From an uncultured Alphaproteobacteria bacterium (GTDB lineage Bacteria; Pseudomonadota; Alphaproteobacteria; RF32; CAG-239), in assembly GCA_947588655.1 (NCBI GenBank), contig CANPYS010000002.1, positions 11,912-75,911 on the forward strand: a stretch of 64,000 bases of DNA. The letters run 5' to 3'. Position 1 is the stretch's first letter. The number at the start of each line of letters is the position of its first letter. Made by a program: the position numbers and the translations under genes. The notes under the pieces are model-generated. The model saw nothing but the letters and a program-made list of their open reading frames with translations. It made no database searches and was not told the DNA's origin. Below are positions 49,384 to 60,860 of the stretch, one piece after another.

Positions 49384-51051
49384 ATGTTAAAAACGCTGTC
49401 GGTGCGTCATGTTGTTTTGATTGATAAGCTGGACTTGGATTTTTCCGGTGGCTTGGTTGTTTTGAGTGGCGAAACAGGCGCGGGAAAATCTGTCTTGCTT
49501 GATTCTTTGGGGCTTTTGCTTGGGAATCGGGCGGATACGGGGCTTATTCGCGCCGGTGCGGAAAAACTCTCGGTTTGCGGGGTTTTTGAGCTTAAAGATA
49601 AAAACAATCCATTTTTTGAGCTTTGCGCTGAAAATGAAATTGAGCTTGATCAGGAAATTATTATCAAGCGCACGCTTGACCGCAGTGGCAAAGGCAAAAT
49701 TTTGATTAATGATCAGCCCGTCAGTCAGCGCTTTTTGAAAGATGTCGCGCCTTTTTTGGTTGAAATTCATGGACAATTTGATAATCAGGGCTTGCTTAAT
49801 CCCGCCACGCATTTAAGCGTTTTAGACGCTTTTGGTGGCTATAAGCAAGCTTTGCTTGAAACATCGCAGGCGTTTTTTTTATATCAAAACCTCAAAAACG
49901 AGCTTTGCAATGCTCAAAACGCGTTGGCTTCAGCGCTTGCTGATGAAGAAAATCTGCGTCATTGGGCTGATGAGCTTGAAAAAGCAAATGTTTTGGAAAA
50001 TGAAGAAGAAACGCTTAATCGCAAGCATGCCGATTTTATGCACGCTGAAAAACTGATTGAAAACCTTAATACCGCGTATCAATCTTTGCAAGGGCGCGAT
50101 ATTGCCTCGTTTATTCAACGGGCGCAAGGTGCTTTGGCGCGCGTTAATCAGCTGACTGAAAATCGCTATGCCGATGTTTCAGAGGCTTTGGACACGGCTT
50201 TGGTTCAACTTGACGAGGCAACCGCGCGGATTGAAAAAGCGAGCGCGGAAATCAGCCTTTCCGCCTCAGAGGCCGATTTTGTGGAAGAGCGTCTTTTTGC
50301 CCTCAAAGCCTTGGCGCGCAAACATCAGACTGAAATTAACAATTTACCAATGGTGCTTTCGGAAATTAAGAAAAAGCTGGCGGCGCTTGATAAAGGTGGC
50401 GAAAATATTGCTGATTTGGAACGTGCCACAAAAAGTGCCTTTGAAAATTATCAAAAAGCGGCCAAAAATCTTTCAGCCTTACGGCAAAATGCCGCGCAAA
50501 CGCTTAGTTCCGCGGTTATGCGCGAGTTGCCGCCGCTTAAAATGGAACGCGCGGTTTTTAAGGTTGAAATGAGTGAATTGCCAACTTCAATGTGGGGCGA
50601 AAAAGGCATAGATTCTGTTTGCTTTACCGTTTCAACAAACCCTAACACACCGCAAGGACCGTTGCAAAAAATTGCTTCCGGTGGCGAATTGGCGCGCTTT
50701 ATGCTTGCCTTAAAGGTTAATTTGGCACAAAAAAGCAGTGTTGAAACGCTTGTTTTTGATGAAGTTGATTCCGGCATTGGCGGCGCAACGGCGCAGGCTG
50801 TCGGCGAAAGGTTGGCGCGACTTTCAAATTCGGTGCAGGTTTTTGTGGTGACGCACGCGCCGCAAGTTGCCGCTTTTAGTCATGAACACTTTAAGGTTTC
50901 TAAAGCCCTTATAAACGGGCAAAATGTGACAAGCGTTACCCTTTTAAATGCCGAACAGAAAAAAGAAGAAATTGCGCGTATGCTTTCAGGGCAAACCATT
51001 AGCGATGAGGCGCGCGCTGCCGCTGATATTTTGATTGCGGGCGCTAACTAG
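49384..51051 (+). CDS. recN: DNA repair protein RecN
   Basis: SMC-like: Walker A GETGAGKS, long coiled coil, signature/Walker B …LVFDEVDSGIGG…. Confidence 0.93.
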   Translation: MLKTLSVRHVVLIDKLDLDFSGGLVVLSGETGAGKSVLLDSLGLLLGNRADTGLIRAGAEKLSVCGVFELKDKNNPFFELCAENEIELDQEIIIKRTLDRSGKGKILINDQPVSQRFLKDVAPFLVEIHGQFDNQGLLNPATHLSVLDAFGGYKQALLETSQAFFLYQNLKNELCNAQNALASALADEENLRHWADELEKANVLENEEETLNRKHADFMHAEKLIENLNTAYQSLQGRDIASFIQRAQGALARVNQLTENRYADVSEALDTALVQLDEATARIEKASAEISLSASEADFVEERLFALKALARKHQTEINNLPMVLSEIKKKLAALDKGGENIADLERATKSAFENYQKAAKNLSALRQNAAQTLSSAVMRELPPLKMERAVFKVEMSELPTSMWGEKGIDSVCFTVSTNPNTPQGPLQKIASGGELARFMLALKVNLAQKSSVETLVFDEVDSGIGGATAQAVGERLARLSNSVQVFVVTHAPQVAAFSHEHFKVSKALINGQNVTSVTLLNAEQKKEEIARMLSGQTISDEARAAADILIAGAN

Positions 51052-51122
51052 CCTTTTTGCCGGCTTATTTTTCTTGACAATTTCAATAAAAATGATATTT
51101 GTAACGTTATAAAATTCCTATT

Positions 51123-51647
51123 GTGTTTATATTATTAAAATTAAAGATTATGAAAAAGATTTTTAAAAAAGACGGCTGGTATCTGAAAGATAAGCCCGAT
51201 GGTAACGCTTTATACCGTCATGATGGAACGCTCGTTGCCGACAAATTGCTTTTCTGTTTTTCGTGTAAAAATGGTTGGTACGGTTTGCAAACAAAAGACG
51301 GGTTTGCGCTTTACCGCGCTGACGAATCGCTCGTTGCTGACAAATTGCTTTCGTGCTTTGTTTATAGCAACGGTTGGTACAAGGTTCAAACAGAAGAAGG
51401 TGTTGCTTTGTACCGCGCCGACGGCTCTTTGGTCGCTGATAATTTGCGTTCTTGTTGTGTTTTTGACAACGGTTGGTATGAATTGCACACCAAAGAAGGC
51501 TCTGCCCTTTATCGTGATGACGAATCACTCGTCGCTGATAACTTGCTTTTCTGCCTTGCCTATGGCAATGGCGCTTACGAATTACATACAACAAACGGCG
51601 TGTGTATATACACAGGCGACAATACATTAAAAAAATTTATGCCGTAA
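51123..51647 (+). CDS. Repeat protein with five tandem ~30-aa WG-like modules
   Basis: Modules NGWY(G/K/E)LQTK(D/E)G(F/V/S)ALYR(A/D)D(E/G)SLVAD(K/N)LL…; likely start at 51150. Confidence 0.55.
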   Translation: MFILLKLKIMKKIFKKDGWYLKDKPDGNALYRHDGTLVADKLLFCFSCKNGWYGLQTKDGFALYRADESLVADKLLSCFVYSNGWYKVQTEEGVALYRADGSLVADNLRSCCVFDNGWYELHTKEGSALYRDDESLVADNLLFCLAYGNGAYELHTTNGVCIYTGDNTLKKFMP

Positions 51648-51666
51648 GTTTAGCTGTTTCATTAAA

Positions 51667-51704
51667 AAACGCCGAATACTTTATGTGTTCGGCGTTTTTT
51701 GTTT
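51667..51704 (+). terminator. Intrinsic terminator
   Basis: aaaaaacgccgaa-tactttatgtg-ttcggcgttttttg. Confidence 0.7.
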
Positions 51705-52017
51705 TAAACTTATTTTTGAGCTTTGGAATTCCACTAAAAAAGCGCATAAAAATATCAAGCAAAATCAATTGATTACATAGAAAAACATCAAGAAAACGTA
51801 CGTTTAAATGCGAAAAATGTCAAGTATTTTTTTTCAAAAAAATCAAATATTTATTTTTTTAAAAATACCTGAAAAAATGCACATTTAAACGTACAATAAA
51901 ATTGTAAAAACTATTATTATGGATATTATAAGTAAATCTTGCAGATTGCATGGTTTCATATGTATTTATAATAATAGTTTTTTTATAAAGATTATTATTA
52001 ACTAAAATACAAAAAAT

Positions 52018-52260
52018 ATGAAAACAACGAAAAATTTAAAAAAGAATAAAGATATAATTACATCTTCACTGATGTTATTAGTATCTATTTCTTCCTTAAT
52101 TGTTTTTATTTTATTTTTTGAAAATCTGGATCTCAGGGTAGCAATATTGCTCGGCACCGGTGTGTGTCTGGGCATGGTGGGTTGCCCTGTCCTCCTTGAC
52201 ATCGTCAGTTGTTTCTTTGAAACAACTGAAACAGAGGAGGAATCTGATTCCGATCTGTAA
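52018..52260 (+). CDS. Small hypothetical membrane protein with an acidic tail
   Basis: 80 aa, two hydrophobic segments, C-terminal ETTETEEESDSDL. No clear RBS, but a strong terminator lies immediately downstream. Confidence 0.3.
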   Translation: MKTTKNLKKNKDIITSSLMLLVSISSLIVFILFFENLDLRVAILLGTGVCLGMVGCPVLLDIVSCFFETTETEEESDSDL

Positions 52261-52267
52261 GGTTTAT

Positions 52268-52305
52268 GAACCCCCGAATACTTTATTGTATTCGGGGGTT
52301 CTTTT
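52268..52305 (+). terminator. Strong intrinsic terminator
   Basis: gaacccccgaata-ctttattg-tattcgggggttctttttttg. Confidence 0.8.
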
Positions 52306-52330
52306 TTTGAGGGGTGGCCGTTTGAAAAAT

Positions 52331-53500
52331 TTATTTTTTTAATTCAATGATGATGTCTTTCTTTATGGTATCATAGCATAAAATTGCTTTACCCTTGCGA
52401 AAAGCCAAAGCGTATTGCCCAAACATTTCATATCGCCAGCCTTGAAGCGCAGGGTTTTCTTTGTCGTTATTTCCACAGGCAATTTGGCGCAAATCCTGCT
52501 CGGTGGCAATCAGGCGCGCCACAACGCCCTCTTGCTCGCTCCTGATTTTTAAAACCATACGCAAAACTTCCATTAAAGCGGCGGAAGTCGGCGGAACGAT
52601 AACTTGTTTTTCGCGCTCAATTTTGCGTAAATCGTTGCTTAAAGGCTCGGCAAGCGCTTTTTGCACAGCCTCAACAATCTCAGCCCCGAGTTTGCCTTTT
52701 GCCACATCGGCGCGCATATTGCGCACTTTAGCCAATTCCTCAAGGCTTTGAGGCATCGCGGCGGTAATATTTAACAAAAGCTCGTCTTTTATAAGCGTTC
52801 GGCGCGGCTGATTATATTTTATGGCTCGGGTTTCGCGCCATGTTGCCAAGGCTTTTAGCACCGCCAAAAACTTGGGGCTATGCGCCGTATGGTGTATTTT
52901 TTGCCAAGCATTTTCAGGATCAGGCTTGTACAAAGCCTCATCGCAAAGCGCGGCGGTCTCTTCTTTTATCCAGCTTTCGCGATTATGCGTTTTAAGATAA
53001 TCTGCCAAATATTGATAGCACGGAATTAAAAACGTCACATCACGGAGCGCGTATTCCAGTTGCGTTTTATCAAGGGGGCGCTTGCTCCAATCGGTTAAAC
53101 GGCTAGATTTATCAAGCTCGGTCTGCGTTATCGCGCGAACCAAGCCGTCATAACTGATTGACGCGCCAAAACCTGCCACCATAGCGGCAATTTGCGTATC
53201 AAAAACAGGGGTCGGGATTTTGCCGCTGATGTTATAAAAAATTTCAATATCTTGCCGCCCCGAATGAAAAACTTTTAAGATTTTTTTGTTTTGCATAATC
53301 TTTAAAAAAGGCTCTAAATCAAGCCCTTGCGCCAAAGGGTCAATAATAGCGGCATCGTCTAACCAGCCCACTTGCAAAAGGCAAAGCATAGGAAAATAAG
53401 TTTTTTCACGCACAAATTCCGAATCTACCGTGATAAACTTCTGCTTTTTTAACTCACGACAAAGCGTTTTTAAATCTTTGGTATTTTCAATTATTCTCAT
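52331..53500 (-). CDS. rnd: Ribonuclease D
   Basis: DEDDy exonuclease motifs (…FITVDSEF…), HRDC region; 389 aa. Confidence 0.88.
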   Translation of the reverse strand: MRIIENTKDLKTLCRELKKQKFITVDSEFVREKTYFPMLCLLQVGWLDDAAIIDPLAQGLDLEPFLKIMQNKKILKVFHSGRQDIEIFYNISGKIPTPVFDTQIAAMVAGFGASISYDGLVRAITQTELDKSSRLTDWSKRPLDKTQLEYALRDVTFLIPCYQYLADYLKTHNRESWIKEETAALCDEALYKPDPENAWQKIHHTAHSPKFLAVLKALATWRETRAIKYNQPRRTLIKDELLLNITAAMPQSLEELAKVRNMRADVAKGKLGAEIVEAVQKALAEPLSNDLRKIEREKQVIVPPTSAALMEVLRMVLKIRSEQEGVVARLIATEQDLRQIACGNNDKENPALQGWRYEMFGQYALAFRKGKAILCYDTIKKDIIIELKK

Positions 53501-53617
53501 TTTTTTCCCTAAAAGGGGATTTTAACGGGCATTGCTTAATATTTTTTTAATTTTGTGTTGCTTTTTAGAGAAAGTGATTCTAAAACTAAACCAGATTAAA
53601 AATTAAACGAGGAAATT

Positions 53618-55384
53618 ATGAAAGAATATCGGACTCATACCTGCGGCGAACTCCGCAACACCCATATCGGGCAAAAAGTTAAGCTCGCCGGCTGGATTCA
53701 TCGCAAACGCAACTTGGGTAATTTGTGCTTTGTGGACTTACGCGATCATTACGGCATAACGCAATGCGTGGTGGATTCATCGTCCGATTTGTTTGAAAAA
53801 ATTGAAAATACGCGCGTGGAAAGCGTGGTTGGCTTTGAGGGCGAAGTTGTGGCGCGTGAAAGCGTTAATAAAAATATGCCAACCGGCGATATTGAAATTA
53901 AGGTTTCAAGCATGGTGGTTTATTCCGAGGCCGATGTTTTGCCGATTCAGGTTTTTGGCGAAGATGACTCTCCTGAAGAATTGCGCTTGAAATATCGGTT
54001 TTTGGATTTGCGCAAAGAGCGGATTCATAACAACATCAAACTCCGCTCGCAAGTAATTGCCGAAATGCGCCGCTTGATGACCGAGCAAGGCTTTACAGAA
54101 TATCAAACCCCTATTTTGACCGCGTCATCGCCCGAGGGCGCGCGCGACTTTTTGGTGCCTTCGCGGATTAATCCGGGGCGGTTTTATGCCTTGCCCCAAG
54201 CGCCACAACAGTTCAAGCAACTTTTAATGGTTTCAGGCTTTGATAAATATTTTCAAATTGCGCCGTGTTTCCGTGATGAAGACCCGCGCGCCGACCGTAG
54301 CCCTGGCGAATTTTATCAGCTTGATATGGAAATGTCTTTTGCCACGCAAGAAGATGTCTTTGGCGTGATTGAACATACCATGGGTGGCATTTTTAACAAA
54401 TTCGCCAATGGTAAAACCGTTTCGCAAGCGCCTTGGATTCGCATTCCGTTTAGAGAGGCGATGCTTAAATATGGCTCTGATAAGCCTGATTTGCGCAACC
54501 CGCTCATCATTCAAGACGCAACAGACTTTTTTCACAATTCCGGCTTTGGGCTTTATGATTCCAAAGTCCAAAATGATGAAAAAATTCGCGCTATTGTTGC
54601 ACCTCAAGCCGGCGATAAGCCGCGCTCGTTCTTTGATAAAATGGACGGCTTTGCTAAAGAAGAAAATATGGGTGGCGTGGCGTATGTGGCGTTTTCTGCC
54701 TCGGGCGCCAAAGGTATTGCCAAGTTTTTGAGCGCCGAAAAGCTTGATGAACTTAAGCAAAAATTCGGCGTTGCCGAAGGCGATGCTGTTCTTTTTGTTG
54801 GCGGAAAAGAAAAGGTTTTGAATAAATTTGCCGGCAAACTCCGCAATAAATTGGGCGAAGAGCTTGGCTTGTTTGATTATAATGCGTTCAAAATTTGCTG
54901 GATTGTTGATTTTCCGATGTATGAGGAAAATGAAGAAACCGGCAAAGTGGAATTTTCGCATAATCCGTTTTCTATGCCCCAAGGCGGTATGGATGCTTTG
55001 CAAAACAAAAACCCGCTTGATATTTTGGCTTATCAGTATGATATGGTTTGCAACGGCGTGGAGCTTGCCTCGGGCGCGGTGCGTAACCATAAGCCCGAAA
55101 TTATGTATAAGGCGTTTGAAATTGCCGGTTATGACCACTCGGTTGTTGATTCTAAATTCGGCGGTATGATTAATGCCTTTAAATATGGCGCGCCACCGCA
55201 CGCGGGAGCGGCGCCAGGGGTTGACCGTACGGTGATGTTGCTCCTTGATGAGCCGATTATTCGGGATGTGATTATCTTTCCGCTAAACGGCAAAGCGCAA
55301 GATTTGTTGATGCAAGCACCGAATGTGGTGACGGAGGAGCAACTTGCAGAACTCCACATTGCTATCGTAAAGAAAGACGTATAG
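53618..55384 (+). CDS. aspS: Aspartate--tRNA ligase
   Basis: Class II aaRS motifs (…[21 protein letters not shown]…, C-terminal …[23 protein letters not shown]…); 588 aa. Confidence 0.95.
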   Translation: MKEYRTHTCGELRNTHIGQKVKLAGWIHRKRNLGNLCFVDLRDHYGITQCVVDSSSDLFEKIENTRVESVVGFEGEVVARESVNKNMPTGDIEIKVSSMVVYSEADVLPIQVFGEDDSPEELRLKYRFLDLRKERIHNNIKLRSQVIAEMRRLMTEQGFTEYQTPILTASSPEGARDFLVPSRINPGRFYALPQAPQQFKQLLMVSGFDKYFQIAPCFRDEDPRADRSPGEFYQLDMEMSFATQEDVFGVIEHTMGGIFNKFANGKTVSQAPWIRIPFREAMLKYGSDKPDLRNPLIIQDATDFFHNSGFGLYDSKVQNDEKIRAIVAPQAGDKPRSFFDKMDGFAKEENMGGVAYVAFSASGAKGIAKFLSAEKLDELKQKFGVAEGDAVLFVGGKEKVLNKFAGKLRNKLGEELGLFDYNAFKICWIVDFPMYEENEETGKVEFSHNPFSMPQGGMDALQNKNPLDILAYQYDMVCNGVELASGAVRNHKPEIMYKAFEIAGYDHSVVDSKFGGMINAFKYGAPPHAGAAPGVDRTVMLLLDEPIIRDVIIFPLNGKAQDLLMQAPNVVTEEQLAELHIAIVKKDV

Positions 55385-55392
55385 CAGCACAG

Positions 55393-57567
<2,175 letters not shown>

Positions 57568-58044
57568 TTAAGCTTGCATAGGTTCTTTTTTGCCTTTTTT
57601 CTTGACGTTAATTTTTTTATAATTTTCTTGTTCCAGATGCATTTTTGGAATTTTGACAGTTAGCACGCCATCGTCGTATTGAGCGTCAGCGGCGGCATAG
57701 TCCAAATTCCTTGGCAGAGGAATACTGCGTTTAAACATACCGTAAGAAATTTCTGAAAAATAATTATTTTTAGAAGTTTATTCCGTTAAGTGCCGTTTTT
57801 CGCCTGAAATGGTCAAATAGCCTTCATCTGAGATTTTAAGGTCAATATCATCTTCCTTAATCCCTGGCATTTCAGCCGCGACCAAAACAGAGTCTTTATG
57901 ATCCGTAACGTCAATTTTAGGCTCTAAATCGCCCATATCTTCGCCACTAAAGTCAAAAAAGTAGTTCCAAAGGCTTTTCAAGTCGTGCGAGCGTGTGCTT
58001 AAAGCCTGATTTTCTTTGGCAGAATTTGAAACAAGGTTTTTCAT
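57568..58044 (-). pseudogene. Hsp20/α-crystallin small heat-shock protein gene interrupted by an in-frame TAA
   Basis: ATG 58044 (AAGGAG RBS) …EPKIDVTDHKDSVLVAAEMPGIKEDDIDLKISDEGYLTISGEKRHLTE-TAA-TSKNNYFSEISYGMFKRSIPLPRNLDYAAADAQYDDGVLTVKIPK… The same frame continues for 69 codons after the stop at 57780-57778 and completes a normal ~155-aa Hsp20. Confidence 0.6.
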
Positions 58045-58066
58045 CTTCTGTACTCCTTGGAAAAAA

Positions 58067-58252
58067 TTAGTATTCAAAATCTTCTTCTTCAATTTCAACG
58101 ACTTCATCATCAGCCGGATGAGCTTTACAGCCACAGCCGCAACCGCCACTTTTTTCAGCGCCTTGTTTTTTATTTTCGCCTTGGAAAGTGTTGCCGCTTT
58201 CATTATTGTTTTCCGAAGAGTTATTTTCGTTATCCATTGCGTATTTATCCAT
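58067..58252 (-). CDS. Small acidic Asn/Glu-rich protein with a GGCGCGC motif (61 aa)
   Basis: AGGAGG RBS 6 nt upstream of the ATG; MDKYAMDNENNSSENNNESGNTFQGENKKQGAEKSGGCGCGCKAHPADDEVVEIEEEDFEY; located just upstream of the Hsp20 gene. Confidence 0.45.
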   Translation of the reverse strand: MDKYAMDNENNSSENNNESGNTFQGENKKQGAEKSGGCGCGCKAHPADDEVVEIEEEDFEY

Positions 58253-58345
58253 GGTATCCTCCTAAATGTTAAAGTTAAAAAAAGTTTTAGTTGTTCCACG
58301 CACAAAGATATGAGTTCTTTGCCTAATTTTTAGCTAGACAATCGG

Positions 58346-59290
58346 TTAAGCCGTAAACATTCCGCCTGTCACGCTATAAACCTGCGCGGTTGTATAAGAC
58401 GATTCGTCTGAGGCCAATAAGACATAAACGCCCGAAAGCTCCACAGGTTGCCCAGCACGTTTTAAGAGTGTTTCTTGCCCAAAGGGCGGAATTTTTTCAT
58501 CAGGTTGTCCGCCGCTAATTTGCAACGCTGTCCAAATTGGCCCTGGCGCAACGGCATTCACGCGGATTCCTTTTGGGGCGAGTTGCGTTGCCAAAGCCTT
58601 TGTAAAGGCAATAATCGCGCTCTTGGTAGCGGAATAATCAAGCAAAAGTTCGCTTGGCTGAAAAGCCACCACGGAGCTTGTTGTAATAATGCTTGAGCCG
58701 GCTTCCAAAAACGGCAGGGCGGCTTTGACTGTCCAAAACATTGAAAAGAGGTTTACTTCAAAGGTTTTGCGCAGTTGCTGAGTGTCTAAATCTTCAATTT
58801 TGCGTACAAACTGTTGCTGACCGGCATTCAGCGTTAAAATGTCTAAACCGTTGAGTTCTTGGTGCGCGCGCTTGACCATTTCGGCGCAAAAAAGCTCGTC
58901 GCTTACATCGCCTTCAATCAAAACAGCCTTTTGTCCGGCGGCTTCAATCAAGTTTTTCACTTCTTCGGCGTCTTGGCGCTCTGAGGGCAAAAAGCTAATC
59001 GCCACATCTGCCCCTTCGCGAGCATAAGCAATCGCCGCCGCGCGCCCAATGCCCGAGTCGCCACCGGTGACAAGGGCTTTGCGTCCTTGCAAGCGGGCGC
59101 AACCCTCGTACGATTCTTCGCCGCAATCGGGCTTGGGGAGCATATCGGTTTCAACGCCAGGGCGTTTTTGGTGCTGAAGCTCAAAATCGGTGTGATGAAA
59201 TTTTGTTAGCGGGTTGATTAAAATGCTTTTCTTTTTCATGATATTTCTCCTTTTCAGGCAATATGTAGAATAAGAAACGCAAAAATCCAT
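58346..59290 (-). CDS. SDR-family NAD(P)-dependent oxidoreductase (YghA/YhxC-like)
   Basis: Rossmann TGGDSGIGRA, catalytic YSATKSA; probable start at 59239 (MKKKSIL). Confidence 0.8.
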   Translation of the reverse strand: MDFCVSYSTYCLKRRNIMKKKSILINPLTKFHHTDFELQHQKRPGVETDMLPKPDCGEESYEGCARLQGRKALVTGGDSGIGRAAAIAYAREGADVAISFLPSERQDAEEVKNLIEAAGQKAVLIEGDVSDELFCAEMVKRAHQELNGLDILTLNAGQQQFVRKIEDLDTQQLRKTFEVNLFSMFWTVKAALPFLEAGSSIITTSSVVAFQPSELLLDYSATKSAIIAFTKALATQLAPKGIRVNAVAPGPIWTALQISGGQPDEKIPPFGQETLLKRAGQPVELSGVYVLLASDESSYTTAQVYSVTGGMFTA

Positions 59291-59384
59291 AATCCGAAAG
59301 GCTAAAACGTCTTGACAAAATTTGAAAAAAGAGTAACATGCGCTTACAAAAAAATTATGATGTTTAACTATTAATTCTTATATT

Positions 59385-60494
59385 ATGGGAACAAAGTTCT
59401 TTTATGCAGGATCTTTTGATCCTTTTACTTGCGGACATTTAAGTATTGTGTTGCAAGCGCTAAATGTTTTTGACAAAGGAATTATTGCCATTGGCAAAAA
59501 TGATAGCAAAGAGCCTTGGTATAGCCTCAACCTACGCAAACAGATGATTGCTGAGAGCCTAAAGTATTATGATCGGGTAACGGGCAGAAACTTTTCCTCA
59601 AGGGTTGAGATTACTTCTTACGAGGGCTTAACAGTTGATGCGGCTTATCGGCTTGGGGCAACGCACATGGTGCGCGGCTACCGCAACCGTGATGAAAAGC
59701 GAAAAGAAAACCTTTTGTCTGATGTCAATAACAAGCTGTTATCAATCCGTGGAATAAGCATCATTCAGGAGAGCTTTTCGGCGGGGCGAGGGCTAGAAGG
59801 TGTTTCTTCTTCATTAACCAAGAGCCTTTTGGAGCAAGCGGAGTTTATCGCCGCGGCGGCGTATGTGTTGCCACCGGTGTTTAACTTATGCGTTGGCGGC
59901 TTGTCAAACTTTAACCAACAAATGGTTGAGGCGGGCTTTTCTAACAATGTTCAATGGCTAGCAACAATGTCAAAGAGGGAATATCACAACATCGGGCATG
60001 TCGCCTATATGCTGAATTGGCTCAAGATATATCGGAGTCTTTACGGCAAAGAGGAAGATACGCAAAGCCTGTTAAGAGCGATATTCTACCACGACTATGT
60101 TAAGGACGATATTCAAAAATCGTTTGAGGAGTCGGGTTTGCCGGAAGAAAAGTTCGGGTTGTTTGAGGCAACGGATCACTTAAACCTCAAGCGCGAGCTT
60201 AAAGGCGATGAAAGGCTAATACATGACTTTGATTTGGCAATTCTTGCCAATGATGAGCTTTATTACCACTATAAGTGTTGCGTACGTCTTGAATATGCCG
60301 ATGTGCCTTTATCTGCGTATATTGAAGGGCGGCTTGAGGTTTTGCGAAAGCTTTACCGTAACTTCAGGTTTTATGTGTTAAACCCTGTGCTTGAAAGAAA
60401 AGCCAAAGAAAACATCTCGCGTGAGATAGCTTTTTGGGAAAAAGTCAAAAAGCATGGGCTACCGACACATTATGCTGGACTTGAAAATTGCTAA
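59385..60494 (+). CDS. Fusion protein: phosphopantetheine adenylyltransferase-like nucleotidyltransferase (N) plus HD-motif domain (C)
   Basis: N-terminal 130 aa colinear with CoaD (YAGSFDPFTCGHLSIV…IAIGKNDSKEPWYSL…MVRGYRNRDEKRKENLLS). The C-terminal ~200 aa carries H…H(x32)HD…D (…EYHNIGHVAYM…AIFYHDYVKD…DFDLAIL). Confidence 0.6.
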   Translation: MGTKFFYAGSFDPFTCGHLSIVLQALNVFDKGIIAIGKNDSKEPWYSLNLRKQMIAESLKYYDRVTGRNFSSRVEITSYEGLTVDAAYRLGATHMVRGYRNRDEKRKENLLSDVNNKLLSIRGISIIQESFSAGRGLEGVSSSLTKSLLEQAEFIAAAAYVLPPVFNLCVGGLSNFNQQMVEAGFSNNVQWLATMSKREYHNIGHVAYMLNWLKIYRSLYGKEEDTQSLLRAIFYHDYVKDDIQKSFEESGLPEEKFGLFEATDHLNLKRELKGDERLIHDFDLAILANDELYYHYKCCVRLEYADVPLSAYIEGRLEVLRKLYRNFRFYVLNPVLERKAKENISREIAFWEKVKKHGLPTHYAGLENC

Positions 60495-60498
60495 CAAA

Positions 60499-60531
60499 AA
60501 CACCGTTCTTTTTTAAGAACGGTGTTTTTTT
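60499..60531 (+). terminator. Intrinsic terminator
   Basis: aaaaacaccgttctt-tttt-aagaacggtgttttttt. Confidence 0.8.
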
Positions 60532-60608
60532 GCTTTTTAAGGCAAAATCAGCGCAGTGTACATAAAGGTGAGGACTCTTTTAAGGATTAAAATTGCTCTA
60601 AATACCAG

Positions 60609-60860
60609 CTAGACGCATCCCCCTATAATTTGTTTGTATTCTTGAGTTAACACATAGCTCCTATTCTTTTTCGCTTTATTGCCAAGCCTTAAAAAGCCCT
60701 TACTAACCCATTTATTTAGCAATAAACGCGCAGATTGATCCGAAACGTCCAAAAATGCCGCCGCCTGCGCCGTGCTTATTTGCTGATAGCTTGAAAAGAG
60801 TTCTAAAATTCGGCGTTGTTTTAAGTCAAGCTTGCGGAGAAAAATTTCCTGTAAATGTAA
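60609..60860 (-). pseudogene. Startless 83-codon remnant encoding a winged-helix (Fic/AlbA_2-type C-terminal wHTH) domain
   Basis: …KQRRILELFSSYQQISTAQAAAFLDVSDQSARLLLNKWVSKGFLRLGNKAKKNRSYVLTQEY…; preceded by an in-frame stop and no start codon; embedded in an AT-rich junction. Confidence 0.35.

Noticed and set aside
54233-55201. 322-aa ORF antisense to aspS (and similar long antisense ORFs 23903..24502 versus addB, 49387..49812 versus recN, 51163..51627 versus the repeat protein, 15768..16185 versus the atp genes)
   Set aside because: They fully overlap strongly conserved genes on the opposite strand, have no RBS or motifs, and show biased composition typical of shadow ORFs.
57778-58305. 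175-aa ORF as given in the ORF track
   Set aside because: It is a chimera. Only the last 88 codons (from ATG 58044 with an AAGGAG RBS) are Hsp20. The upstream 87 codons overlap the separately supported small ORF 58067..58252 in another frame and lack any start context.
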